Positions 47,226-56,501 of a DNA stretch of 64,000 bases are shown here, piece after piece. The translations under genes and the position numbers were made by a program. The stretch covers positions 124,935 to 188,934 of the forward strand of contig CAYYPI010000001.1 in assembly GCA_964473565.1 (NCBI GenBank), written 5' to 3'. How positions within the stretch are numbered: the first letter of the stretch is position 1; each line of letters opens with the position of its first letter. The DNA is from an uncultured Gammaproteobacteria bacterium. GTDB lineage: Bacteria > Patescibacteriota > Patescibacteriia > Patescibacteriales > UBA12465. The notes under the pieces were generated by a model. That model had not been told where the DNA came from. It saw nothing but the letters and a program-made list of their open reading frames with translations, and searched no databases.

Positions 47226-48341
47226 TTATTGATTATTAAAACAACATTCCAAACCGTCTTTACAAGTTCTCCCACTCCAAACACTTCTATCTTTACTCCA
47301 ATTTCCACTACAAGAGCCATTAATTACTTGCGGAGGACCACCAAAGCACTTACCTTCATCATTACCGCAAGGCTCACCTTCATTTCCTTCACCATAAAAA
47401 GGTGTTTCATCATAACATCTACAATCATTAATATTTCCAGGACATTTTCTACCGTTCTTAACACCCTCACAATTAACAATAGTGCAGTCATAATCTGTTA
47501 CCTGAGAACAACTCATTTGTTCAAAGTCACTATTTTTTATACGTGTACTTGATGTTAAATCTGAAGAATATCTTTCCTCTTGAATTGTTTCGCAGTTGAC
47601 TTCATTTGCATCTATACAATTAGTCTTTTCTGTCCAAATTGTATTATTAGAGACAGTTCCTGTGTAGGCTGTTTCTGTAACTATAATGCAACATCCATCT
47701 TGCAAACATTGAGTGCCATCAGCAGTGGCGCTATAACCGGGGTAAAATGTGCTAGTTTTATAAGCATCATTATTTACAAGAGTTTCACATTCTTTATTAG
47801 TTGCATTTCTAGCTATATTAGTTTCGTCTTGCTTTTCTATTTGGCAACAACCAAGTTTTAAAGCCCCTATATATTCAGTCTCTATGGGTTTAAAGTTTAA
47901 AAGAGCAGGACTAAGTATTTGTAGTAATGTATAGGTAGCAAGCAGAATAACTAAACCAATTACTGCACTAACTATCATAGATCTAGCAGTGCCAATTTTC
48001 TCTGTAGAGCCTGCAGATGTTAACCAAATAAGACCACCGGCTACTATCATAGCTAGAGCTAGGAAAGCTGCAATGCCGATGCCATAATTATATATTGCTT
48101 TAATATATCTTGGTAGCAAGGTGCTATACACTGTTGTAATTTGTCTATCAGTTTCAGGGTCCTTGCTTTGAGCACTTTCACCTACTGGCACAGATTCATC
48201 ACCAAATTCACTACCAGGAATAGGTACTTGAGGGGTAAACTTTAAGCTTTCTTCATCTTGAGCTAAAACATTAGGTGTAAAAACTTGAAAACTAAAGATA
48301 ATAATCATTAGCAAGAGCATTATTTTAATTGTCTTGGTCAT
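47226..48341 (-). CDS. Secreted VirB2/TrbC-like pilin-type module fused to a different Cys-rich C-terminal domain (tandem paralogue)
   Basis: The N-terminal 160 aa or so are clearly homologous to 46195..47220 (TPQVPIPGSEF, STLLPRYIKAIY, FLALAMIVAGGLIWLTS, LLNFKPIET.YIGA). The C-terminal 210 aa or so are rich in Cys, Gly and Asn, and end ...CKDGLECCFNNQ. Confidence 0.6.
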   Translation of the reverse strand: MTKTIKIMLLLMIIIFSFQVFTPNVLAQDEESLKFTPQVPIPGSEFGDESVPVGESAQSKDPETDRQITTVYSTLLPRYIKAIYNYGIGIAAFLALAMIVAGGLIWLTSAGSTEKIGTARSMIVSAVIGLVILLATYTLLQILSPALLNFKPIETEYIGALKLGCCQIEKQDETNIARNATNKECETLVNNDAYKTSTFYPGYSATADGTQCLQDGCCIIVTETAYTGTVSNNTIWTEKTNCIDANEVNCETIQEERYSSDLTSSTRIKNSDFEQMSCSQVTDYDCTIVNCEGVKNGRKCPGNINDCRCYDETPFYGEGNEGEPCGNDEGKCFGGPPQVINGSCSGNWSKDRSVWSGRTCKDGLECCFNNQ

Positions 48342-48345
48342 ATTG

Positions 48346-49518
48346 TTAAGTTATATATACTGATTCACTCTTTTTGTTTTTCTTTTTTGCTATTTTAATT
48401 GTTTTTTTAATTATTTCTTTAGTAAGGTCTCTACCTCCAAGGCCAGCAACAAAACTGTGAATATTTTTTTTGTCATTACTTAGTGCTTGGTTAATCTCTT
48501 GAGCTAAAGGGGAAACAGCGCCTAGACTGGTAGCTTTTTCAATTACTGCAATATTAGTGTTAGTCTTTAAAGCTTTTCTCACTGCTTCATAAGGAAAAGG
48601 TCTAAAACTTTTAATCTTTAGTACTGCTACAGATTTCATCTCATCACTTACATCTTTTATAGTTCCTATCATAGAGCCCATAGCAATAATTACAGTTTTA
48701 GCTTTTCTAGGTCCGTAGTATTCAATTAAAGCACTACTATCACTGCTAGCAATATCGGTACCTATAGTTTTTTGCAGTAGTTTAAATTCTTTCTCTATTT
48801 CATTAGTGCTATTTTTTAAAGCTAAGTGTAAGTCTTGTCTAATCTCTTGATAATATTGCGGGCGGGCAAAAGAGCCCATAGTTACAGGGTTCTTAGGATT
48901 TAGATATTCATTGCTTTTTGGTTTGAATTTAGGTAAGAATTTCTTTATAGCTGCTTTAGTAGGAATGATTACTGGCTCATATGAATGAGTGAGAACAAAA
49001 CCATCAATATTAACCATAGCAGGAACTTTTAATTTTTCTGCTAATTTATATGCTAATAAATGTTGAGCTACAGCTTCTTGATGATTTTCTGCAAAAAACA
49101 TTAACCAACCAGCATCACGAATAGTCATGGCATCCTGATGATCATTCCAGATGGTAATAGGTGAGGAAACACCACGGTTAGCTATAGTCATGACAACAGG
49201 CAGTCTAAGTCCGGCAATATTAAATACTACCTCTGTCATTAAAAGTAGGCCTTGAGAGCTGGTAGCGCTATAGGATCTAGATCCTGTAGCAGAAGCTCCT
49301 AGGATAATAGAAGCAGCGGCAAATTCACTTTCGGCTCTAACATATTCATAGCTAGCTTTTCCATCAGCCTTAAATTTAGCAAGATCTTCTACGATATGAG
49401 TTTGAGGGGTAATAGGATAAGCTGAAATTACTTCAGGTTCTATATTTTTTATAGTCAAAGCCACAGCCCTAGAACCTTCTAAAATATTTTGTTTTTTAAA
49501 ATTGTTCTTATTTTTCAT
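48346..49518 (-). CDS. porA: 2-oxoacid:ferredoxin oxidoreductase alpha subunit
   Basis: LEGSRAVALTIKNIEPEVISAYPITPQTHIVE is a typical PorA N-terminus. 390 aa. Confidence 0.85.
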   Translation of the reverse strand: MKNKNNFKKQNILEGSRAVALTIKNIEPEVISAYPITPQTHIVEDLAKFKADGKASYEYVRAESEFAAASIILGASATGSRSYSATSSQGLLLMTEVVFNIAGLRLPVVMTIANRGVSSPITIWNDHQDAMTIRDAGWLMFFAENHQEAVAQHLLAYKLAEKLKVPAMVNIDGFVLTHSYEPVIIPTKAAIKKFLPKFKPKSNEYLNPKNPVTMGSFARPQYYQEIRQDLHLALKNSTNEIEKEFKLLQKTIGTDIASSDSSALIEYYGPRKAKTVIIAMGSMIGTIKDVSDEMKSVAVLKIKSFRPFPYEAVRKALKTNTNIAVIEKATSLGAVSPLAQEINQALSNDKKNIHSFVAGLGGRDLTKEIIKKTIKIAKKKNKKSESVYIT

Positions 49519-49786
49519 CTCTTTTCATTATTATAGCTTTAACCGGACATTCACTAGCGCAGGCAGCACAGCCCTTGCAGTAGTCATAATCCACTTTTGA
49601 TTTTAAACCTTTACTGGTTCTTTGCATTCTCATAGCATTATCAGGACAAACATGTACACATTTTTGACAGCCAATACATTTATTTTCATCAACAATTGGT
49701 TTAAAGGTACGCCAAGATCCAGTTTGATTATCTTTAGTACTGCCAGCCTTAGCGTTTATATCAATATTTTTAATTTTATTTTTCAT
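49508..49786 (-). CDS. porD: 2-oxoacid:ferredoxin oxidoreductase delta subunit (2x[4Fe-4S] ferredoxin)
   Basis: CIGCQKCVHVCP and CKGCAACASECP cluster motifs. 92 aa. It overlaps both neighbours. Confidence 0.85.
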   Translation of the reverse strand: MKNKIKNIDINAKAGSTKDNQTGSWRTFKPIVDENKCIGCQKCVHVCPDNAMRMQRTSKGLKSKVDYDYCKGCAACASECPVKAIIMKRDEK

Positions 49787-50342
49787 AAGCTTTGCTTATA
49801 GCTTTTATATTTTTCTTTATTATTTCCTTACCTTTTTCTTGAAACTTTTCTTTAATAGCTTCTTTAGTAGCTTCTAAGGATATTAGTTTGGAATTTTTAG
49901 CTAGCAGTCCTAAGATAACAGTATTGGCTAAATTTTTTCCTAATATCTTTAAAGCTATAGAGGTGGCATCTAAGGTATGAATATTCTTTTCTTTAGTTTT
50001 AAATTTCCATTTTACTTTTAAAACATCTTTTATCTCTTTAGCACTTAAAGTGGTGTTTATAAATATCATAGTATTAAGATTGCAACCACTTACCAGATTA
50101 GTAGTGTTAAGAAGGGAAGCATCTAAGATAATTAAAACTTCAGGATTATAGACCTGTTCTCTAGTACGTATAAATTTGTCACTTATGCGGCTATAAGATT
50201 CAATAGGGGCCCCAGTCCTTTCCACTCCAAAGGAAGGGAAAGCTTGAGAGTAGTGCTTATTTTTAAAAGCACTAATGGCAATAAGTTCAGAAGCAGTAAC
50301 TACACCTTGTCCGCCTCGACCATGTATTCTAATTTCTTGCAT
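49776..50342 (-). CDS. porG: 2-oxoacid:ferredoxin oxidoreductase gamma subunit
   Basis: MQEIRIHGRGGQGVVTASELIA is a typical gamma-subunit N-terminus. 188 aa. Confidence 0.85.
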   Translation of the reverse strand: MQEIRIHGRGGQGVVTASELIAISAFKNKHYSQAFPSFGVERTGAPIESYSRISDKFIRTREQVYNPEVLIILDASLLNTTNLVSGCNLNTMIFINTTLSAKEIKDVLKVKWKFKTKEKNIHTLDATSIALKILGKNLANTVILGLLAKNSKLISLEATKEAIKEKFQEKGKEIIKKNIKAISKAYEK

Positions 50343-50343
50343 A

Positions 50344-51039
50344 TTAATTTTCTGCTAATAATTGATCAATGATGATTTTAAATTGTTCCATTTCCATGTG
50401 TCCAGCTGCTATGTATTCATCTATAATATAGGTAGGAGTTCTATTAATCCCTAAGGTGCCAGCATCTTTCATGTCTTTTCTAATAGCATCTAAATATCTA
50501 TCTTCCGCTAAACAATTAGCAAATTGAACTTTGTTAGCACTTATAGATTCTGCCATGTCAGGTAATTCATTTAATTCAAATTCTCCTTGTCTTTTAAACA
50601 GTTCATCTACCATAACCCAGAACTTACCTTGTTCTCCAGCACATCTAGCTGCTTGAGAGAGCATAATAGAGCTACTATCAATAACTGGCAAGTCTCTATA
50701 TACTATTTTAACTCTATTAGAATAATCTTTAGTTATCTCTTTTATTACTGGAAAAGCTTCTCTGCAGTATGGGCAATTTAAATCAGAAAACATTACAATA
50801 GTTAGTTCGGGATTATCAGCACCTAAATAATAATTAGAAGTTCCTTCTCTTAATTTTTCTGGGTTAAAAACCTCGCCAGTTTCAGGGTCAATCTGTAGTT
50901 CACCTCTTTCTATAGCTTTTTTAGTATTTAAAAAATACATAGCTGAAGAGATGATAGTTATAATTACTAATATAAAAAATATGATAAGTAATATTCCCCA
51001 CCATTTTTGATACCATTTCTTGTGATAATATGAAGACAT
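50344..51039 (-). CDS. Membrane-anchored DsbA-family thiol:disulfide oxidoreductase
   Basis: N-terminal TM (WWGILLIIFFILVIITIISSAMYF), the thioredoxin active site CPYC (FSDLNCPYCREAF), and a conserved cis-Pro region (INRTPTYII). Confidence 0.8.
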   Translation of the reverse strand: MSSYYHKKWYQKWWGILLIIFFILVIITIISSAMYFLNTKKAIERGELQIDPETGEVFNPEKLREGTSNYYLGADNPELTIVMFSDLNCPYCREAFPVIKEITKDYSNRVKIVYRDLPVIDSSSIMLSQAARCAGEQGKFWVMVDELFKRQGEFELNELPDMAESISANKVQFANCLAEDRYLDAIRKDMKDAGTLGINRTPTYIIDEYIAAGHMEMEQFKIIIDQLLAEN

Positions 51040-51126
51040 CTTTTTTTATTTACCTTAATAATATGCTAAAATGAATTTATTAATTATATTATAACATTAA
51101 AAAAATAATTGGTAAAAACAATATAA

Positions 51127-51906
51127 ATGAAAATAATATCTTGGAACATTAATGGTCTTAGAGCAATACTGAAAAAGAACTTTTCAGAATTTTTAAATGA
51201 GTATCAACCTGATATTTTAGGCTTACAGGAGATAAAAATATCTGAAGAAGCCAGGCTTAAGGAAAACTTAGATTTTTCTGGCTACAAGGTATACTTTAAT
51301 AGTGCTAAAAGACCAGGATATAGTGGTACAGCTCTATTAATTAAAGAAGAATACGCAAATAGAGTAGTTGGTGAGGTTAAAAACCTTCTTGGAGAAGATA
51401 TTTTTGACAGTGAAGGTAGAGTACAAGTTTTAGAATTAGAAAAGTTTTATGTAATTAACTGTTATTTTCCTAATTCTGCTCATGGATTAAAGCGCTTAGA
51501 CTACAAAAGGAGTTTTAACGCCTATATGTTAAAAAACATAAAAAAATTAGAAAGAAAAAAGCCAGTGCTTTTAATGGGAGATTTAAATGTTGCTCATCAA
51601 GAAATTGATTTAGCTAGACCAAAAGATAATATAGGTAATCCTGGTTTTACTTACGAAGAAAGAGAGGACATGGATAGTTTTGTTAAGCATGGCTTAGTAG
51701 ATACCTTTAGATATCTTTATCCGCAAAAGGTACAATACTCTTGGTGGAGTTATAGAACTAGAGCCAGATTAAGAAATATAGGTTGGCGCATTGATTATTT
51801 ATGTGTTTCTGCTAAATTGTTAAGAATGATAGAAGATTCATATATACTTGATGAAGTCTGGGGATCTGATCATGCACCGGTGGGCGTTAAGCTTAAAGAA
51901 GCTTAA
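51127..51906 (+). CDS. xth: Exodeoxyribonuclease III (AP endonuclease)
   Basis: MKIISWNINGLRA, LQEIK, GDLNVAH, WGSDHAPV. Confidence 0.9.
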   Translation: MKIISWNINGLRAILKKNFSEFLNEYQPDILGLQEIKISEEARLKENLDFSGYKVYFNSAKRPGYSGTALLIKEEYANRVVGEVKNLLGEDIFDSEGRVQVLELEKFYVINCYFPNSAHGLKRLDYKRSFNAYMLKNIKKLERKKPVLLMGDLNVAHQEIDLARPKDNIGNPGFTYEEREDMDSFVKHGLVDTFRYLYPQKVQYSWWSYRTRARLRNIGWRIDYLCVSAKLLRMIEDSYILDEVWGSDHAPVGVKLKEA

Positions 51907-51950
51907 AACTTTAATTAATTTAATTTATATATTTTAATTTCTAGATTTTT

Positions 51951-54335
51951 ATGAATAACTATAATCACAAAGAAATAGAAGAGAAATGGCAGAAGTATTG
52001 GGAGGAAAATAATAGTTTTGCAGCTTCTGATTTTTCAGACAAAGAAAAAAAATATATTTTAGTAGAGTTTCCTTATCCTTCAGGAGCAGGATTACATGTT
52101 GGTCATGTACGTTCTTACACTGCTTTAGATGTTTATGCTCGTTACCTTAGACTTAAGGGTTATAACGTTTTGTACCCTATGGGCTATGATGCTTTTGGTC
52201 TACCTACTGAAAATTACGCTATTAAGCATAAAATTCATCCTAGTCAGGCTACAGAGGAAAATATTAAAGTTTTTAGAGCACAATTGCAAAAAATGGGATT
52301 TTCTTTTGATTACTCAAGAGAAGTTAATACTACAGATCCTAATTATTACAAGTGGACACAGTGGATATTTATACAATTATATAAACATGGTTTAGCCTAT
52401 AAACAAAAAATGGCTATTAATTGGTGTCCTAGTTGCAAGATAGGCTTAGCCAATGAAGAAGTGGTGGATGGAAAATGTGAAAGATGTAAGACACCTGCAG
52501 AAAAAAAAGAAAAAGAACAATGGATGTTAAGGATAACTGAGTATGCGGATAGACTAATTGAAGATTTAGATAAAGTTGATTATTTAGATAAGATTAAACA
52601 ACAACAAATTAATTGGATAGGAAGAAGTGAGGGAGCGGAGATAGATTTCAAAATACAAAATGATGTTGTTTCAGTATTTACTACTAGACCAGATACGATT
52701 TTTGGTGTAACTTATTTTGTTTTATCACCTGAGCATCCTTTAGCTACTAAGATTTGTACAGCTGATAAAAAAGAAGAGGTTGAAAATTATATTAATGAAG
52801 CTAAAAATAAATCTGATTTAGAACGTACAGAATTACAGAAAGAAAAAACAGGTGTTTTTACTGGCGCTTATGCTAGGCACCCAATTACACAGGAAGAAAT
52901 ACCAGTTTGGATTGCTGATTATGTTTTAATGTCATATGGTTCTGGAGCAATTATGGCAGTGCCAGCACATGATAGCAGAGATCGTGAATTTGCAAAGAAA
53001 TATAATCTTGAAATTAAAACTGTTATTGACGAAGAGCAGGATAAATTAATTAACTCTGATTTTTTAAATGATTTAAGTGTTAAAAAAGCTCAAGAAAAAA
53101 TAATTAAGGTTTTAGAAGATAAAGGTTTAGGTAAAAAAACTGTTAATTATAAATTACGTGACTGGGTATTTTCTAGACAACATTATTGGGGAGAACCAAT
53201 CCCTATTGTTTATTGTGATAAGTGCGGTACTGTACCAGTGCCGGAGAAAGATTTACCACTGGAATTACCTAAGGTTGAAAAATATGAACCAACAGATAGT
53301 GGCGAATCTCCACTTGCTAGTATTTCTGAGTTTGTAAACACCACTTGCCCTAAGTGCGGAGATAAGGCTAAAAGAGAAACTGATACTATGCCTAACTGGG
53401 CTGGTTCTAGTTGGTATTGGCTTAGATATTTAGATCCTAATAATGATAAAGCTTTAGCGGATAAAGATAAGATGAAATATTGGTTACCTGTAGATTTATA
53501 CAATGGTGGTATGGAGCATACTACTTTGCATTTGCTTTATTCTCGTTTTTGGAACAAATTTTTATATGATATAAAAGTAGTTCCTAGCATAGAGCCATAT
53601 CAAAAAAGAATTTCTCATGGTATGATATTAGCAGAAGATGGAAGAAAAATGAGTAAATCTTTTGGTAATACAATTAATCCTGACAGTGTTATAGCCGAGC
53701 ATGGCGCAGATACTTTAAGAGTATATGAAATGTTTATTGGACCTTTTAGTGAAACCATTCCTTGGAATACTAATGGGTTAATTGGTGTTAGAAAGTTTTT
53801 AGAAAAAGTATTTGATTATTTTAATGAGTATATTGAAGCAGGAAAACAAGAACATGAAATTAACAATCAAGCCAAGGTAGTTTTAAATAAAACTATAGTG
53901 AAACTTTCTCATGATATTGAAGATTTTAAGTTTAACACTGCTGTTTCAGCGCTTATGATTCTTTTTAACGAGTTAAAGTCAAAAGACAAGTACCATTTCT
54001 TTAATTTTGAAGATACAAAAAAGATTCTTATTATTCTTTTTCCATTAGCACCTCATTTAAGCTCTGAAATCTGGGAGAGAATAAAGGCAGAAGGATTAAT
54101 AGAGGAAGAATCCTGGCCAGAGTTTGATGAGAAATTATTAAAAGAGCAGAAGGTTAATATTGCTGTGCAGGTTAATGGAAAGCTTAGAGCAAACTTAGAA
54201 TTAGAAAGTGGTATTAGCAAGGAAGATGTGCTTGATTTAGCTAAAGAAAATGACAATGTGAGTAAGTGGTTAGAAGGCAAGGAAATAAAAAAAGTTATTT
54301 ATATACAAGATAGGTTAATCAATTTTGTGGTTTAA
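51951..54335 (+). CDS. leuS: Leucyl-tRNA synthetase
   Basis: PYPSGAGLHVGHVRSY (HIGH), the CP1 editing domain, and RKMSKSFGN (KMSKS). 794 aa. Confidence 0.95.
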   Translation: MNNYNHKEIEEKWQKYWEENNSFAASDFSDKEKKYILVEFPYPSGAGLHVGHVRSYTALDVYARYLRLKGYNVLYPMGYDAFGLPTENYAIKHKIHPSQATEENIKVFRAQLQKMGFSFDYSREVNTTDPNYYKWTQWIFIQLYKHGLAYKQKMAINWCPSCKIGLANEEVVDGKCERCKTPAEKKEKEQWMLRITEYADRLIEDLDKVDYLDKIKQQQINWIGRSEGAEIDFKIQNDVVSVFTTRPDTIFGVTYFVLSPEHPLATKICTADKKEEVENYINEAKNKSDLERTELQKEKTGVFTGAYARHPITQEEIPVWIADYVLMSYGSGAIMAVPAHDSRDREFAKKYNLEIKTVIDEEQDKLINSDFLNDLSVKKAQEKIIKVLEDKGLGKKTVNYKLRDWVFSRQHYWGEPIPIVYCDKCGTVPVPEKDLPLELPKVEKYEPTDSGESPLASISEFVNTTCPKCGDKAKRETDTMPNWAGSSWYWLRYLDPNNDKALADKDKMKYWLPVDLYNGGMEHTTLHLLYSRFWNKFLYDIKVVPSIEPYQKRISHGMILAEDGRKMSKSFGNTINPDSVIAEHGADTLRVYEMFIGPFSETIPWNTNGLIGVRKFLEKVFDYFNEYIEAGKQEHEINNQAKVVLNKTIVKLSHDIEDFKFNTAVSALMILFNELKSKDKYHFFNFEDTKKILIILFPLAPHLSSEIWERIKAEGLIEEESWPEFDEKLLKEQKVNIAVQVNGKLRANLELESGISKEDVLDLAKENDNVSKWLEGKEIKKVIYIQDRLINFVV

Positions 54336-54365
54336 CTTGTTGTTTGTTATTAATTTAAAGTATCT

Positions 54366-55613
54366 ATGAAAAAGATGAAATATTTTTCTGATAAATTATC
54401 AGCTGGATTTATTGCAATTTATTCAGGACGCATGACCTTAACTGTAGCAAGTCAATTATTGGGCCTTTTTATGCCCATCTTTTTATATCAAGTATTTGAT
54501 TTTAATATTGCCTGGGTCTTAGCTTATTATATTTTAAGAGATGTTCTATACTTAATATCATTACCTTTTGCTTCTAAAATATTTATGAACAAAATTGGTC
54601 TTAAAAACTCTATTAGATTAGGAGTTATTTTTGGCTCTTTGTATTATGTAGGCTTTTTTATTTTAGAAAAATATACTACTAGCATGGAACTTATATCAGG
54701 AGAATTTGTACCTGAAGCCTGGTTAATTACTATTATTTTAACTGTAGCTGTAATTCTAACTTTAAATCGCTTAACTTATTGGGTACCACTTCACACAGAC
54801 ATAGGAAAATTTACCAGTAAAAAAGATAGAGGTAAACAAGTTAGCTTAATGGCTGTTACTCAAGTAATTTTAGGAGCTTTAATGCCACTAGCAGCTGGTT
54901 GGCTTTTAATGGAGTTTAGTTATTCTTTTTTATTTGTAATAGCAATATTTATTTATCTGATTGCTCTAATTCCTTTTTCAGCTCTGCCTAAAGTAGATGA
55001 GAAGTTTTCCTGGACCTATAAACAAACATGGAAAGAATTTCGCTCTAAAGCCAGAAGAAAATTAATGATTGCCTATAGTGCTGATGGGGCAGAGTCAGGA
55101 GTGAGAATTATTATTTGGCCTATATTTATTTGGGAGATTTTAAATGGTAATTATTTGCAAGTTGGTATTATCTCATCTTTAGTGGTGATTGTTACCGTTG
55201 TTGCTCAGCTTATTGTTGGTAAATATACTGATAAAATTAGTAGAAAAAAGATGTTAAAGTATGGTACTATTTTATATTCTATTGGTTGGTTGGTTAAAAT
55301 ATTTATTGCTTCAGCTTTTCAGATATTTATTACATCCACCTATCACAACATTGCTAATATTTTTTCTCGCACTTCTTTTGATGCTATTAACTATGAAAAC
55401 GCAGCTGATCAAGGACATTATATTGATGAGTACACAGTGCTTAGAGAAATGGCAATTCAAGTCGGCAGAATAACAATGTCTGTTGTTATTATTTTCTTAG
55501 TTCCATATCTATCAATTGAGTGGACCTTTATTTGCGCTGCTTTAGCCGTTTTAGCAATGAACTTTATTACTGATTCACAAGAACTTGAAAGAGCTAAATT
55601 AGTGAGAGTTTAA
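54366..55613 (+). CDS. Polytopic membrane transporter, MFS-like (tentative)
   Basis: 415 aa with about 12 hydrophobic segments in a 6+6 arrangement around a basic central loop (KEFRSKARRK). Confidence 0.4.
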   Translation: MKKMKYFSDKLSAGFIAIYSGRMTLTVASQLLGLFMPIFLYQVFDFNIAWVLAYYILRDVLYLISLPFASKIFMNKIGLKNSIRLGVIFGSLYYVGFFILEKYTTSMELISGEFVPEAWLITIILTVAVILTLNRLTYWVPLHTDIGKFTSKKDRGKQVSLMAVTQVILGALMPLAAGWLLMEFSYSFLFVIAIFIYLIALIPFSALPKVDEKFSWTYKQTWKEFRSKARRKLMIAYSADGAESGVRIIIWPIFIWEILNGNYLQVGIISSLVVIVTVVAQLIVGKYTDKISRKKMLKYGTILYSIGWLVKIFIASAFQIFITSTYHNIANIFSRTSFDAINYENAADQGHYIDEYTVLREMAIQVGRITMSVVIIFLVPYLSIEWTFICAALAVLAMNFITDSQELERAKLVRV

Positions 55614-55625
55614 ACTAGTTTAAAT

Positions 55626-56471
55626 ATGAATGATTTACTTAAAAAAACTCAAGAAATTTGTCGTATCTATGATATTAAACCTCAAAGTAGTATGGGGCAA
55701 AACTTTTTAGTGTCTTTAGAGGTCTATAAAAAAATTGTAGCTAGTGCTGATATCAAAAAAGATGATTTAGTGCTTGAGGTAGGTCCGGGACTAGGATTTC
55801 TTAGTGCTGAGCTTTTAAAAAGCGCTAAAAAAGTTATAGCAGTTGAGTTAGATGATAAGATAGCTGAGGTATTAGAGCTAGCATTAAGCGCTCATAGTGT
55901 AGATAACCTGGAAATAATTAGTGAAAACATTTTAGATTTTAATCCTAATAATTTAAAAAAAGATTATAAAATAGTAGCTAACTTGCCCTATAATATCAGT
56001 TCAGTTTTTTTGAGAAAGTTTTTAACAACAACTAATAAACCTAAGTTCTTAACTTTAATGCTACAAAAAGAAGTAGTGGAGAGAGTTGTAGCAAAACCTG
56101 GTAGTCACAGCTTATTATCACTCTCAGTTCAATATTATAGCCAAGCAAAGTATATTGACACTGTTAAAAAGGAAAACTTTTGGCCTCAACCCAAGGTTGA
56201 TAGTGCGATACTACATTTAGAAACAAAAACAGATGAAGAGCTTAACTTGTCTAGAGATGAGCAGAAAGATTTTTTCAGGTTACTTAAGTTTGGCTTTAGC
56301 GCTAAAAGAAAAAAATTGGTAAATAACTTAGCTGGAGCTTTGCAGGTAGATAATAAAATTATACAAACTAAAATGCAGGCTGTAGATATAGATATAAATA
56401 TTAGAGCACAAGATTTAAGTTTAGATGACTGGGAAAGATTGTTTGCTCAGTTAAGGCCAATTATGGTATAA
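55626..56471 (+). CDS. rsmA: 16S rRNA (adenine1518/1519-N6)-dimethyltransferase
   Basis: MGQNFL, VLEVGPGLGFLS (SAM-binding), ANLPYNISS. Confidence 0.9.
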   Translation: MNDLLKKTQEICRIYDIKPQSSMGQNFLVSLEVYKKIVASADIKKDDLVLEVGPGLGFLSAELLKSAKKVIAVELDDKIAEVLELALSAHSVDNLEIISENILDFNPNNLKKDYKIVANLPYNISSVFLRKFLTTTNKPKFLTLMLQKEVVERVVAKPGSHSLLSLSVQYYSQAKYIDTVKKENFWPQPKVDSAILHLETKTDEELNLSRDEQKDFFRLLKFGFSAKRKKLVNNLAGALQVDNKIIQTKMQAVDIDINIRAQDLSLDDWERLFAQLRPIMV

Positions 56472-56501
56472 TAAAAAAGAATTTTAGATTAGTTAAAATA
56501 A

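Noticed and set aside
47229-47861. Track ORFs 47229..47552(+) and 47580..47861(+)
   Set aside because: They are antisense to the pilin-like Cys-rich gene, which has a signal peptide, TM hairpin and a paralogue supporting the minus-strand frame.
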